From positions 96,193 to 160,192 of the forward strand of contig CAWEJF010000015.1 in the NCBI GenBank assembly GCA_963809345.1: a stretch of 64,000 bases of DNA, given 5' to 3'. This stretch comes from Candidatus Aminicenantes bacterium. Its GTDB lineage: Bacteria; Acidobacteriota; Aminicenantia; Aminicenantales; Saccharicenantaceae. The notes under the pieces were generated by a model, which was given only the letters and a program-made list of their open reading frames with translations, was not told where the DNA came from and searched no databases. Positions 28,430 to 37,953 of the stretch are shown piece after piece (within the stretch, counting starts at the first letter, position 1; each line of letters begins with the position of its first letter). The translations under genes and the position numbers were made by a program.

Positions 28430-29569
28430 CTAATACTGACACAGTTTGGAATGCTCGTCCAGAAGGGCCATATAGTTGTCGTACTTCGTGCCGACCGCGA
28501 TGCTGTGGCTCGCGCCGAGGATGAACCGGCCGCCGGGCTTGGCGCAGGCCATGGCCCGCCTCACGTCGGATCGAACGTCGCCGGGCGTCCCGCCGACGAG
28601 ATGCTCGACGGCGACGCCGCCCCAGAGCGCGATCCGGCCGCCGTAGTCCTTCTTCAGGCGGCAGATGTCCATGCCGGCCGTCGGCTGGATGGACTGGTAG
28701 GCGTCGAACCCGATCTCGACGAAGAAATCCATGAGCAGGTTGATGTTGCCGCAGCAGTGCTTGAGGATCTTCTTGCCATACCTGCCCTTGACGTTCCGGA
28801 CCCGCTCCTTGTTGGCCTCGAGAAAGAAGTCCCGGAACATGGCCGGCCCGATGAGCGGCCCGGTCTTGTAGCCCAAATCTTCGGCCCACATGACGGCGTC
28901 CGAGTCGGGATGGATGAGGACCGCGTCGGCCTCGTTCTGCTGGCGGACCAGATACGTTGTGGCGGCGCGGACGGCTTCGGGGTTCGCGGCCAGCTCCAGA
29001 AGGCCCCGCTCCATGCCGCCGAGGAGAACGATGCCGACCGATCCGCCCGACGGGCCGCAGATGAACTTCTGGCCTTTGAACTCCTGGACGACCGTGTCCA
29101 GGATCTGCCACGATCGCTCGTCGCGGCGGACGGGATCGGGGTCCTTATTGAACTCGTCCGCCGTGAAGACCTTGGCGTCCCGGACCGGGTCGAAGACACA
29201 GGTGATGTCCTGCGTCGCCTCCGACAGCCTGTAGATGCGGCCCTCGCGGTCCTCCCAGGTCGAGGCGTCGATCCGCCTTGGCGGCGGCGCCTCCGTCGCC
29301 GGCGGCAGCTCCCACGTCGCCATGGGGAAGGTGACGATGTCGAGAGGAAGCTTCTTCTGGAGGGCGATATGGTCCTCGACCCAGCTCTGGGCGACCTCGT
29401 CGTGCCGCCCCTCCCAGAACGCGATCTGCGACTTAGCCTTGGCCCTGAGGTAGGTCTCGTGGCCGAGAACGCGCTCGACGGTGTCGAAGTCGACCGCGAA
29501 CTCCGCGTAGGGGACGCGGTCGGGGATCCGGCCCTCGAGCGCGGCGGTGACCCTCTCCTTCGAGGTCAT
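28430..29569 (-). CDS. uroporphyrinogen decarboxylase (URO-D) family protein, MtaA-like
   Basis: URO-D fold pattern. HCCGN (H-x-C) resembles the zinc site of methylcobamide methyltransferases. Confidence 0.75.
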   Translation of the reverse strand: MTSKERVTAALEGRIPDRVPYAEFAVDFDTVERVLGHETYLRAKAKSQIAFWEGRHDEVAQSWVEDHIALQKKLPLDIVTFPMATWELPPATEAPPPRRIDASTWEDREGRIYRLSEATQDITCVFDPVRDAKVFTADEFNKDPDPVRRDERSWQILDTVVQEFKGQKFICGPSGGSVGIVLLGGMERGLLELAANPEAVRAATTYLVRQQNEADAVLIHPDSDAVMWAEDLGYKTGPLIGPAMFRDFFLEANKERVRNVKGRYGKKILKHCCGNINLLMDFFVEIGFDAYQSIQPTAGMDICRLKKDYGGRIALWGGVAVEHLVGGTPGDVRSDVRRAMACAKPGGRFILGASHSIAVGTKYDNYMALLDEHSKLCQY

Positions 29570-32064
29570 CCTTTTCCCGGCTTCCTTTCGAGGAGATCCG
29601 TCTCGACGAATTTCCCTGACCGCCGGCTAAAGCGGAGGGTCTTGACCTCGAAGCCGCCGAGCTTGACCGTCGTGCGGGCGCCGAGCGCGGGGAGCTTGAC
29701 GACGGCGCGTCGCGGCCGTCCCGTCGGCTCGAACAGCCGGATGACGACGTCCCGCCCGCCCTCCGACTTCTTGAAGGCCGTGACCTCGACGGCGGCCCCG
29801 TCGACGACGATCCCGGCCGCGGACTTCTTCCCGGCGCCGGGCGGGCCGTAGGCAAGGATGTAGGGCGCTTCGTTGCGGACGAGGGCCTCGCGGCCGATCG
29901 TCTCCATGCGGGCCGCGAGAGGACCGCCGACGAGCCAGAAGCGGAACGACCGCTCCCCGGTGTCCTGCCGGGCGATGAACCTGTCCCTGGCCACGGCGAG
30001 CCTGTCCTCCCAAGTGTCCGCGGCGTAGGCCGGCGACCGCAGGAGCGACAGGCGGAGCTCGGCGCCGTCCCAATCCGAGCCGTAGACGCCGTCGTTCACG
30101 ATAGTCAGCGCCGCCCCGTCGGCCTCCGAAAGGAGGGCCAGCCACTTCTGGGCCACGGCCTCGTCGCCGTTCGATGGGAGCTCGTCGGCGCCGTAGGCGA
30201 CCTGCCCCATAAAGCGCGGGGCCCTGAGCTTGGGCGTCAGGCCGAGCTTGAGCATCGTGTCGCGCTCCGCCCAGAATACACGGACGTCGACCTCGATCTC
30301 GGCGCCGCGCTTGGGGATCTTGTAGCGGAGGACGATGCGGGAGGCGCCGTGGGCGAGGATCGCTTCGATGACCGTCCGGACCTCGCCGTCCTCGATGACA
30401 CGGACAGGATCGAGCCCGCCCTCACGGATGCCGGAGAAGCGGGCCGCCTCTTCAGGCGTTGTCAAGGCGAAGCTCGCGGCCACGGTCCTGAAGCTTCGGA
30501 CCTTCATGCCCCAGGGGTCGGCGTTGTCGCGGATGACAAGCGGTAGGAACGCGCCCGGTCCGACAAAGTCGATCCCGCCGACCCGGTATGTATCGAGGAG
30601 GCCCGTCCGCGTGTTGACCGCGGCCGTGAGATCGGCCGTGGTCACGGTGATGCGCCCCCCCTTATCCGCCGTCTCTGCCTTGGGCTTTTCCGGCGCCTTC
30701 TCGAGCCGGCAGGAAAACCTGTTCAGCCGGCCCGGGGCGAGATCGGCCTCGAAGACGACGCGCTTGCGCCATTCGAGGCTGAGGTTGCTCTCCTCTTTTT
30801 CGGCCTGCGAAGGGAGATTCTTGCCGCGTGCGTAGACTCTCGGGGCCCAGGCGGTCTTCTCGAAGTTCGGCTCCCAGGGCTCGAACTCGCATTCGACGAG
30901 GGTCCGGACGGCGTGGGCGTGGGGATTGAAGACGAAGATGGGGATCTCGTCCGCCGCGGCTTTGGGCTCCCCCGCGGCCAGCGCGAAAAAGGCCCGGGCC
31001 TTGAGCCGCGAGAGCGTCTCGAGGCCGTGGCCGATCATCCGGACCGCGCCCTCCTCGCCGGCCGGGATGGCCGAACCGGGAAGGATGTCGTGGAACTCGA
31101 CGAAGGCCAGGTCGCGCAGGACCTCTTCGAGCTCCGCTTGCGGATAGGGCATGAGGCCCTGGAGCCAAGCCGTCGTGACCATCTTCTCGGCCGAGTAGAG
31201 CTCGTTCTCGAGGCGCCGGTGGCCCTGCTTGACCCGGGACATCGAGGTGTAGCAGCCGACGGCCCAGGGATTGAGGTCCTTCTCGCGGCGCGGCAGCTCC
31301 GCCCGCCTCGTCTCGAGCTCGCGGAAATAGGCGTCGGGTGTCGAGTGGACGAGCTCGAGGTCAGGCCGCTCCTTCGCCAGCGCGGCCAGATCGTCGAGGT
31401 CCTTCCGCGACGGGCCGCCGCCGTGGTTGCCGATGCCCCAGAGGTGGATGACGAGATCGCCGCCGGGATTGTCGGCCAGCCACTTCTCGAGCCGCTCGCG
31501 CTCCTTGCCGCCGACCGAGCAGTAGTGGGCCGAGGCCCGGTTGGCCAGGACCTCCGAGCCGTCGTAGCCGACCCAGACGAATTCGTCGCGGGGGAGCGGG
31601 CACTCGCGGTTGCCGGGGCGGCAACAGAGATAGGCGCTGTAGCCGCTCTTGGCCAGGATCTGGACGAGGCCCCGCGTGTGCCCGAAGGGATCGAGGTTGA
31701 CCGCGGTCCGCGGCTCGACGCCGAACTTCTCGGCGAAGTAGCGCCGGCCGAGGAGGATCTGGCGGACGAACGATTCTCCGCTCGGCATGTTGCAGTCGGG
31801 CTGGACGTACCAGCCGCCCATGATGTGCCACTTCTTCTCGCGGACGAGCTTGCGGATCCTGCGGAAGAGGGCCGGCTCGTACTCCTCGACCCAGCGGTAG
31901 AGCACGGCCTCGTTGTGACAGAAGACGTAGCCGCGGCGGGTCTCGCAGAACTCGGCGGCCTGGCGGAACGTGGACAGCGCCTCTCCCGCGCCTTCCTCCC
32001 ATTCCCAGAGCCAGACCGGATCGAGATGGGCGTTCGAAACGAGGTGGATCCTTCTTGCGGGCAT
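29566..32064 (-). CDS. glycoside hydrolase family 38 alpha-mannosidase
   Basis: HLVSNAHLDPVWLWEWEEG N-terminal metal-site motif and NLDPFGH. Size about 830 aa. Confidence 0.9.
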   Translation of the reverse strand: MPARRIHLVSNAHLDPVWLWEWEEGAGEALSTFRQAAEFCETRRGYVFCHNEAVLYRWVEEYEPALFRRIRKLVREKKWHIMGGWYVQPDCNMPSGESFVRQILLGRRYFAEKFGVEPRTAVNLDPFGHTRGLVQILAKSGYSAYLCCRPGNRECPLPRDEFVWVGYDGSEVLANRASAHYCSVGGKERERLEKWLADNPGGDLVIHLWGIGNHGGGPSRKDLDDLAALAKERPDLELVHSTPDAYFRELETRRAELPRREKDLNPWAVGCYTSMSRVKQGHRRLENELYSAEKMVTTAWLQGLMPYPQAELEEVLRDLAFVEFHDILPGSAIPAGEEGAVRMIGHGLETLSRLKARAFFALAAGEPKAAADEIPIFVFNPHAHAVRTLVECEFEPWEPNFEKTAWAPRVYARGKNLPSQAEKEESNLSLEWRKRVVFEADLAPGRLNRFSCRLEKAPEKPKAETADKGGRITVTTADLTAAVNTRTGLLDTYRVGGIDFVGPGAFLPLVIRDNADPWGMKVRSFRTVAASFALTTPEEAARFSGIREGGLDPVRVIEDGEVRTVIEAILAHGASRIVLRYKIPKRGAEIEVDVRVFWAERDTMLKLGLTPKLRAPRFMGQVAYGADELPSNGDEAVAQKWLALLSEADGAALTIVNDGVYGSDWDGAELRLSLLRSPAYAADTWEDRLAVARDRFIARQDTGERSFRFWLVGGPLAARMETIGREALVRNEAPYILAYGPPGAGKKSAAGIVVDGAAVEVTAFKKSEGGRDVVIRLFEPTGRPRRAVVKLPALGARTTVKLGGFEVKTLRFSRRSGKFVETDLLERKPGKG

Positions 32065-32076
32065 GGAAGTCCTTTC

Positions 32077-34164
32077 TCAGGGGATGATAGCGCGGACGGC
32101 GATGCGAACGGGCTCGGCGGGAAGCTCGATCCCGAAGCCATAGCGATGATACGGGACCTTGCGGGCGCCGTACGTGAAGCCGGGCTCCTCGCCGCGGCGG
32201 GCCCGGCGGACCGAGAGCTCGAGCCGGCCGCCCCGGAGCGGCAGATCGGCCTCCATGCGGTCGAGTCCGGGGAGGAGCTTGGGCTGCAAGCTAAGGTAAC
32301 TGTCCCCGGGTCTCACACCGAGCATGTGGTGGACAAAAAGGAAGATGAGCTCGGCCCAGGTCCAGGGGATGATCCCGACCTGGGGATAGGGCGGCACGGG
32401 CCGCGGCCCGTAGAACTCGAACCAGGATCCCGCCCCCGAGCCCGGAAGCCGGCCGAGCCAGTCGAGGACGCGGCGCGTCGTCCGCGGCTGGCCCGCCTCG
32501 AGCGCGGCCCGGGCGACGAAGAGAGACGCGAACGGCCAGGGTCCCGGCGAGTCGGGCTCCGAAGTCACGTGGTAGCGGCCGTAGCCGCCGCCCGTCCAGC
32601 GCTGGTTCCAGAGCTTCTCCATGGAGGCCAGGGTCTTCGTCGCCAACCGCCCGGCCGGGTCGACGAACTCCCAGGCGACTGGCAGGACGGCCGACGTGTC
32701 GGGGTCGAGAAGATGGCGCCCCGGTCCGAAGAGAGGAGTCTCGGGAGGCAGGGAAGTGCCGAGGTCAGGCCGGACGTCCCGCTGGACCTCCCCGTCGAGT
32801 CCGCGGCGCTTGATGAACGTCCCGCCGTCGACGAGGGCAAAGCGCGGGTCCTTGAGCATCGCCTTCCGGAGGCCCAGGCCCGCTTCCGTCCATTCGAGGG
32901 CTTCGGCGTCGCGGCCGAGGAGCGAAGCCAGGCGCCCCGCGGAGCGGAGGCCCATGCTGACGAAAAGCTGATGGGCCAGCTCCATGCCCATCCGGATGCC
33001 GTGCGCTTCGTGGCGCTCCCAGAACTCGCGGCGGTTGACGAGGAGCCCGGATTCGGCGTGCCGGAACTGTTGCCGGAGCGGGAAGGCGGCCGCCTTGGCG
33101 ATCTTGTCCCAGCGCTCGCGGACGAGGCTCGTGTCCCCGGTCCAGCTGACATAGGACTCCAGGGCGAAGAGAAGGACGCCGTTCTGGTCGACCTCGCTTT
33201 CCTCCCAGGGCCGGAGGCGGCTCGAATCCAGGGTCGCGCCTTCCTCGCTGACGAAATCGGACAGGAGATGGGCCAGCATCGTCCGGGCCAGAGCGGGCTG
33301 GCCGGACATGGCCAGGGCCATGGCGATGAAGGCCTGATCGCGGACCCACTCGAGGTTATACTGCCAGACGCTGCCGTCGAGCCGGCCCGACGCGGCGACG
33401 GCCGCCCGGAGCTGAAACTTGGCCGCGTTGTAGAAACGGTCGAGAAGGGGATCGAAGAACCGGCAGTCCGCTGTGTTCTCCCAGTATCCGGCGGACGAAG
33501 ACGGCCCGGGATCGGCGAAGCCGGGCCCTGAGATCCTCTTCCCCCTCGGGGGGACCGGTAACGGGCCTGTATCGGACGCGGCGCGAACATCGACGAGGGC
33601 CCTTCCGCCCCGATGCGCCAGGCGGTACTCGAAGGCGACGGGGTTCGCGGCGAGTCCGCGGAAGGCCAGCCGGGCCTCGGCCGTTCTCCCCATCACCCCG
33701 GTCCTCAAGCGGGCTCGGGAAGCGCCGGCTCCCGATCTCGTTACGCTGATGACGCGCAGAAGGCGCGGGGTCTTCATGTCCGGGCAGAAGAAGACTTCCG
33801 TGACGCGATAGGGGCCGCTCCGCCAGACGACCTCGACCCGGGGATCGACCGATCCGCCGAGCCAGCGGGCCCGCGCCGAGCCGGCGCGCGCGGCATGAAC
33901 GGCGCCGCGGTCCGTGAGCGACAGGGCCGTCGCCGCGATCCCGGCATCCTTATCGAAGGTCAACGCGGCCCGCTTGGGTCCGAGCCGCTCAGGGTCCATG
34001 ATGAGGAGGCCGACGGGCGTCCCGTCCCCGGCCGGAGCGATCTGAACCGCGGCCTGGATGCGGCCGTTCCCGAGGAAAAAATAATCGACGTCGCGAAGCG
34101 TCGTTTTGCCGTCAGCCGGGCCGCGCGAAGGGTCGTCCGCGTAGAAGTGTTCTTTGACTTCCAT
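32077..34164 (-). CDS. GH15-like (glucoamylase/trehalase-type alpha/alpha-6 barrel) glycoside hydrolase
   Basis: WQYNLEWVRDQAFIAMALAMSGQ and REFWERHEAHG are typical of the GH15 catalytic domain. N-terminal beta-sandwich region. Confidence 0.7.
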   Translation of the reverse strand: MEVKEHFYADDPSRGPADGKTTLRDVDYFFLGNGRIQAAVQIAPAGDGTPVGLLIMDPERLGPKRAALTFDKDAGIAATALSLTDRGAVHAARAGSARARWLGGSVDPRVEVVWRSGPYRVTEVFFCPDMKTPRLLRVISVTRSGAGASRARLRTGVMGRTAEARLAFRGLAANPVAFEYRLAHRGGRALVDVRAASDTGPLPVPPRGKRISGPGFADPGPSSSAGYWENTADCRFFDPLLDRFYNAAKFQLRAAVAASGRLDGSVWQYNLEWVRDQAFIAMALAMSGQPALARTMLAHLLSDFVSEEGATLDSSRLRPWEESEVDQNGVLLFALESYVSWTGDTSLVRERWDKIAKAAAFPLRQQFRHAESGLLVNRREFWERHEAHGIRMGMELAHQLFVSMGLRSAGRLASLLGRDAEALEWTEAGLGLRKAMLKDPRFALVDGGTFIKRRGLDGEVQRDVRPDLGTSLPPETPLFGPGRHLLDPDTSAVLPVAWEFVDPAGRLATKTLASMEKLWNQRWTGGGYGRYHVTSEPDSPGPWPFASLFVARAALEAGQPRTTRRVLDWLGRLPGSGAGSWFEFYGPRPVPPYPQVGIIPWTWAELIFLFVHHMLGVRPGDSYLSLQPKLLPGLDRMEADLPLRGGRLELSVRRARRGEEPGFTYGARKVPYHRYGFGIELPAEPVRIAVRAIIP

Positions 34165-34222
34165 CGGGACGATTATAGGGAGTTGGCGGGCCGGAAAGCA
34201 AACGGCGGACGGGAGACGCGGC

Positions 34223-34420
34223 TCAGACCCGGGACGGCCCGCGGAGGAGCCGCGCCGGCAGCATGATCACGGCCTTGAAGAGCTCGAAGACCGCGCTCAC
34301 GGTGATGCCCAGGAGCCGGAAGGGCAGGAGGAGCAGCCAGACGATCGGGTAAAGGAGAAGCGCCAGCAAGGCCAGGGGCCAGCAGATCACCAGCAGGATG
34401 AGCCATAAAAAGAATTTCAT
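34223..34420 (-). CDS. small two-TM membrane protein, unknown function
   Basis: MKFFLWLILLVICWPLALLALLLYPIVWLLLLPFRLLG (ATG 34420 inside ORF 34223..34471). Confidence 0.45.
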   Translation of the reverse strand: MKFFLWLILLVICWPLALLALLLYPIVWLLLLPFRLLGITVSAVFELFKAVIMLPARLLRGPSRV

Positions 34421-34525
34421 ATCTCTTCGTCTCCTCGATAAGTATACGGAGGACCGCGGCGGAAGGTTCACTGCGGGTTGGCATCCGGGCCTCAGTCGGA
34501 TAGAATAGCCTGAAAGGAGCCGCTC

Positions 34526-34887
34526 ATGACGCCGTCGAAAAAGACACTCAATCGCAGGGATTTCATCGCCAAGGCCTTCGCCGGCGCCGGGGCCGCGACA
34601 CTCCTGGGCTGCGCCGACAAGCCGTCGCAGGATCGGACCGCGTCCTCTCCGACCGTTGCGGCGGCCGCCGTGGCACCTGCCCGGCGGGCGTGGACACGCC
34701 GGCCCTGATGCGGGCCCACATGTATCTCCGCTATCCCAACGTCGCCCAGGCCCGGGACACGCTCGCCGGCCTGCCCGCGGGCCGGGGCCTCGACGGGTGC
34801 GTGTCGTGCGGATCGTGCGTCGCCCGGTGCCGCGGCCGGATCGATATCGCCCGCCGGGTCGGCCAGCTCAAGGTCCATTTCGCCTGA
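34526..34887 (+). pseudogene. remnant: Tat signal peptide joined (out of frame) to the C-terminal Fe-S tail of a Tat-exported aldo/keto-reductase-like protein
   Basis: ORF 34526..34708 starts MTPSKKTLNRRDFIAKAFAGAGAATLLGC (twin-Arg). The -1 frame continues ...CGGRRGTCPAGVDTPALMRAHMYLRYPNVAQARDTLAGLP...CVSCGSCVARC. No catalytic domain lies between them. Confidence 0.45.
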
Positions 34888-34907
34888 AGAGCGGGAAGGA
34901 GGCCGCG

Positions 34908-35912
34908 ATGGTCCTCGTCAGCGGGATCGCCGTCGTCGACATGATCGCGAGCGGGCTCGACCGTGTGGCCGATCCCGGCGAGCTGGCCTTTTGTTCCGTG
35001 CGGCCGTCTCTCGGGGGTCACGCCTGCAACGTGTCCTCCGACCTCGTCCGGCTCGGCCTTCCCAAGTCCAGGCTCCGCGCCGTGTTCCCCGCCGGCCGCG
35101 ACCTGTTCGGCGAATTCCTGGCCGGGCGCCTCCGCGAGCAGGGGATCCGGATTGAGCCGGTTCTCGCGAAGCGGGCCCCGACCTCCCTCGACCTCATCCT
35201 CGTCGCCCGCGGCGAGGACCGGCGCTATCACGCCGACCCCGGCGCGAACGTCGAGATGACCGCGGCGCCGGTCCTGGCCCTCCTCGAAAAGTACCATCCC
35301 CGGGTCTACTACGCCGGCGGCGTCGGCCTGCTCGGCCGCTTCGACACGGATCTCGCGCGGGTCCTGCGGCGGGCCAAGGGTCTCGGGGCCTTGACCTTTA
35401 TCGATGTCGTCAGCCCTTACGGGAAGTCGTGGGCGTTTCTCCGCCAAGCCCTGCGCTGGACGGATGTCTTCCACTGCAACGCCGACGAGGCCCGCTCGAT
35501 CGCCGGCGAGCGCGATCCCGTCCGGGCCGCCACCGCGATACGCCGGCTGGGGGCGAAGAGCGTTCTCGTGACCCTCGGTGGGCGAGGATGCGTCGCCGCC
35601 GTGGCCGCGGGCGTCCTTCAGTTCCCTGCGTTCAAGGTCCGCGTCGTCGATCCGACCGGCGCCGGCGACGCCTTCTCGGCCGGGGTCATTCTGAAGATCC
35701 GCCGCGCGCTCGGCCGCGGCGGTAGGGAAGGGGACCTCACGGCGGCCGATTGGAGGGGCATCCTGCTCTACGCGTCGGCCTGCGGCGCGGTATGCACGAC
35801 AGGCGTCGGGACGACGACCGCCGTCGTCTCCGGCCAGGTCGAGGCCCTCATCAGGCGTCAGGGAGGCGCGCTCCTCCGAGCGGCGAGGTTCGCTCCGGCC
35901 GCTCAGGCCTGA
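34908..35912 (+). CDS. PfkB family carbohydrate kinase
   Basis: GGAAGGAGG then ATG 34908. DPTGAGDAF signature. Confidence 0.85.
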   Translation: MVLVSGIAVVDMIASGLDRVADPGELAFCSVRPSLGGHACNVSSDLVRLGLPKSRLRAVFPAGRDLFGEFLAGRLREQGIRIEPVLAKRAPTSLDLILVARGEDRRYHADPGANVEMTAAPVLALLEKYHPRVYYAGGVGLLGRFDTDLARVLRRAKGLGALTFIDVVSPYGKSWAFLRQALRWTDVFHCNADEARSIAGERDPVRAATAIRRLGAKSVLVTLGGRGCVAAVAAGVLQFPAFKVRVVDPTGAGDAFSAGVILKIRRALGRGGREGDLTAADWRGILLYASACGAVCTTGVGTTTAVVSGQVEALIRRQGGALLRAARFAPAAQA

Positions 35913-36934
35913 GCGAATTCGTCGCGGGCTTGGCGAAGGGCAAGAACGTTCCGCGGCTCGCAGTCGTACGCGACGACGCCGCAGCCGAAAAGCATGCCGG
36001 GGCGTCCCGCGATCGCTCCGAGGACGCGCCGGGCCTCTTCCCTGATCTCGTCCGGCCGCCCGGTGTGGACGAGCCGTGCGTCGACACTGGCCCTGAGAGC
36101 CCGCCTCTCCTCCCCGCATCTCTTCACGAAACGCGCCAGGTCCCCGCCCGCGTCGCAGAGGAGCTGGCCGGCCCCGGTCCTGAGCAGGTCCTCGAGAATG
36201 GGGGTCGTATCGCCGCCGATGATGAGCGGCAGCATCCGCCCTCCGGCCGCCCGCAGTCCCGGGATCACGAGATCGCGGTAGGCGGGAAGGACGAAGTCGC
36301 GAAAGACGCGCGGCGAGGCCGCGGCCGGCGAGGCCTTGGAATCGAACAGGACCGGCTCGACGCCTTTCTCCAGGAAGGCCGTCCCGAAATCGACCGCGAC
36401 CCCGGCCGAGAAGGCGAGGAGATCGCGCACAAAACCCGGGTCCTCGACCGTGGCGACGAGGACTTCCTCTGTCCCGGCCAGGGCGCAGGCGAGGGAAAAG
36501 GGACCCGTCAGCGCGCCCCGGACGACGAGGTCGCGGCCCTTCGCCCGTTCCACGCGGGCGGCCGCTTCGAGGAGCAGGGGCATCCGCCCGTCGCGGCCCG
36601 GGTCCGGTCGGCGGAGCCGGCCGAGCCCGCCCGGCCCATCCAGCAGCGGCGAGGCCACCGCGGGGACGTCGGGCGAGCCGCCGAAGTAGCGCACCTCGCA
36701 GCCGATGGCCTCCGCCTCGACGTTGTAGACGTCGAGGCCGACCGTGAGCGCGTCGGGGTCGTAGACCTCGAGCTCCTTTTCGAGGGCCTCGAGAAGAAGG
36801 TCGAGATCGCGACAGACCTCCGACGGCGAGCGGCCGATGAGGCGGGCCTTGTGCTCGTAGATGGCGGGGACGAACGGGACCTTGTCGACGGGTTCGAAAG
36901 AGAACGTCCTTTCGACCCGCTCCCGCTTGGTCAT
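35903..36934 (-). CDS. URO-D family protein (second copy, H-x-C motif absent)
   Basis: MTKRERVERTFSFEPVDKVPFVP N-terminus is typical of the MtaA/URO-D family. The site equivalent to HxCG reads IIGGDTT. Confidence 0.7.
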   Translation of the reverse strand: MTKRERVERTFSFEPVDKVPFVPAIYEHKARLIGRSPSEVCRDLDLLLEALEKELEVYDPDALTVGLDVYNVEAEAIGCEVRYFGGSPDVPAVASPLLDGPGGLGRLRRPDPGRDGRMPLLLEAAARVERAKGRDLVVRGALTGPFSLACALAGTEEVLVATVEDPGFVRDLLAFSAGVAVDFGTAFLEKGVEPVLFDSKASPAAASPRVFRDFVLPAYRDLVIPGLRAAGGRMLPLIIGGDTTPILEDLLRTGAGQLLCDAGGDLARFVKRCGEERRALRASVDARLVHTGRPDEIREEARRVLGAIAGRPGMLFGCGVVAYDCEPRNVLALRQARDEFAQA

Positions 36935-36939
36935 GGAGG

Positions 36940-37578
36940 TCAGATGAAAACGCTTCCCAGGGTATAGAGGGCGAAGCCGACGAGGGCCAGACCCAGGTAA
37001 TAGAGGATCTTGCGGAACGTCTCCTGCCGGATGCGCCGCTGGTGGTAGCTGACGAAGCGGACGAGACCGAGGTACCAGGCGAGCGACGTCGCGCCGACCG
37101 TGAGGGCAAAGCCGACGGCGGTCCAGGTCCCGTAGCGGACGAGGTTCTGGCCGAGGAGATTGTGACCGGTCACGGCCCCGGCCACGAAGATCCAGTACAT
37201 GTAAAGGGTCGGGTTCGTGACGTAGAGAAGGATGACCCCAAGGATCGGCTTGGGCGACGCCGACGGGATCTTGTCGTTGTCTTGCGGGATCTCATACGTT
37301 CGGGAGTCCAAGATGAGCTTGCGCGCGAGCAGAAGGAGGATGACGGCCGCGGCGGCCTTGAGCACGGACATGGAGTAGGGGGGGAGGTTCAGCTTGATCT
37401 TGAAGAACCCGGCCATGGCCACGAAACAGAACGAGACGTCGAGGAAAGCCGCGGTCAGGCCGGCCAGGAGCCCGTGGAGGAAATCACGTTTGAGCGCCTG
37501 GGAGACGACGAAGAAGTTGACCGGGCCGAGGGGGACGGCGGCCAGGAGACCGAAGAATATGCCCAGGATGATGAACAT
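36940..37578 (-). CDS. LysE/RhtB family amino-acid exporter
   Basis: About 210 aa with six TM helices. N-terminal ...PLGPVNFFVVSQAL. Confidence 0.8.
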   Translation of the reverse strand: MFIILGIFFGLLAAVPLGPVNFFVVSQALKRDFLHGLLAGLTAAFLDVSFCFVAMAGFFKIKLNLPPYSMSVLKAAAAVILLLLARKLILDSRTYEIPQDNDKIPSASPKPILGVILLYVTNPTLYMYWIFVAGAVTGHNLLGQNLVRYGTWTAVGFALTVGATSLAWYLGLVRFVSYHQRRIRQETFRKILYYLGLALVGFALYTLGSVFI

Positions 37579-37697
37579 ACCGAAGCGAGTTTTACCAAAA
37601 CCGCCCCCTGTCAGTCAATCGGCGGGGTGATGAAGGGCGGTTCGGGAGGGGAGGCCGCGCCGGCGGCGCAGGGCAAGAGGAGGGCCGGGGCGGCGCC

Positions 37698-37943
37698 TCA
37701 CATCTTGGCGATGGAGGCGGCCTCGTCGCTCGCTTCCTCTTCGGACTCGAGCTCGATGCCGAGGAGTTTGGCCGTGCCCTCGTAGACCATCTTGAGCGAC
37801 TTCTTGGAGTCCTGCAGCTCGGCCAAACGCTTGCGGACCTTCTGGAGCTCCTTCTCGACTTCCTCGTCGAGATGTTCCAGCTGGTGCTTCACCTCGGCCA
37901 TCGTCTTCTTGTAGAGATCTTCTTGTTCTTTGCTGAGACCCAT
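37698..37943 (-). CDS. small acidic coiled-coil protein, unknown function
   Basis: 81-aa ORF with K/E heptad-like pattern, directly downstream of the TonB_C gene. Confidence 0.5.
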   Translation of the reverse strand: MGLSKEQEDLYKKTMAEVKHQLEHLDEEVEKELQKVRKRLAELQDSKKSLKMVYEGTAKLLGIELESEEEASDEAASIAKM

Positions 37944-37953
37944 TTGCGGCTCC

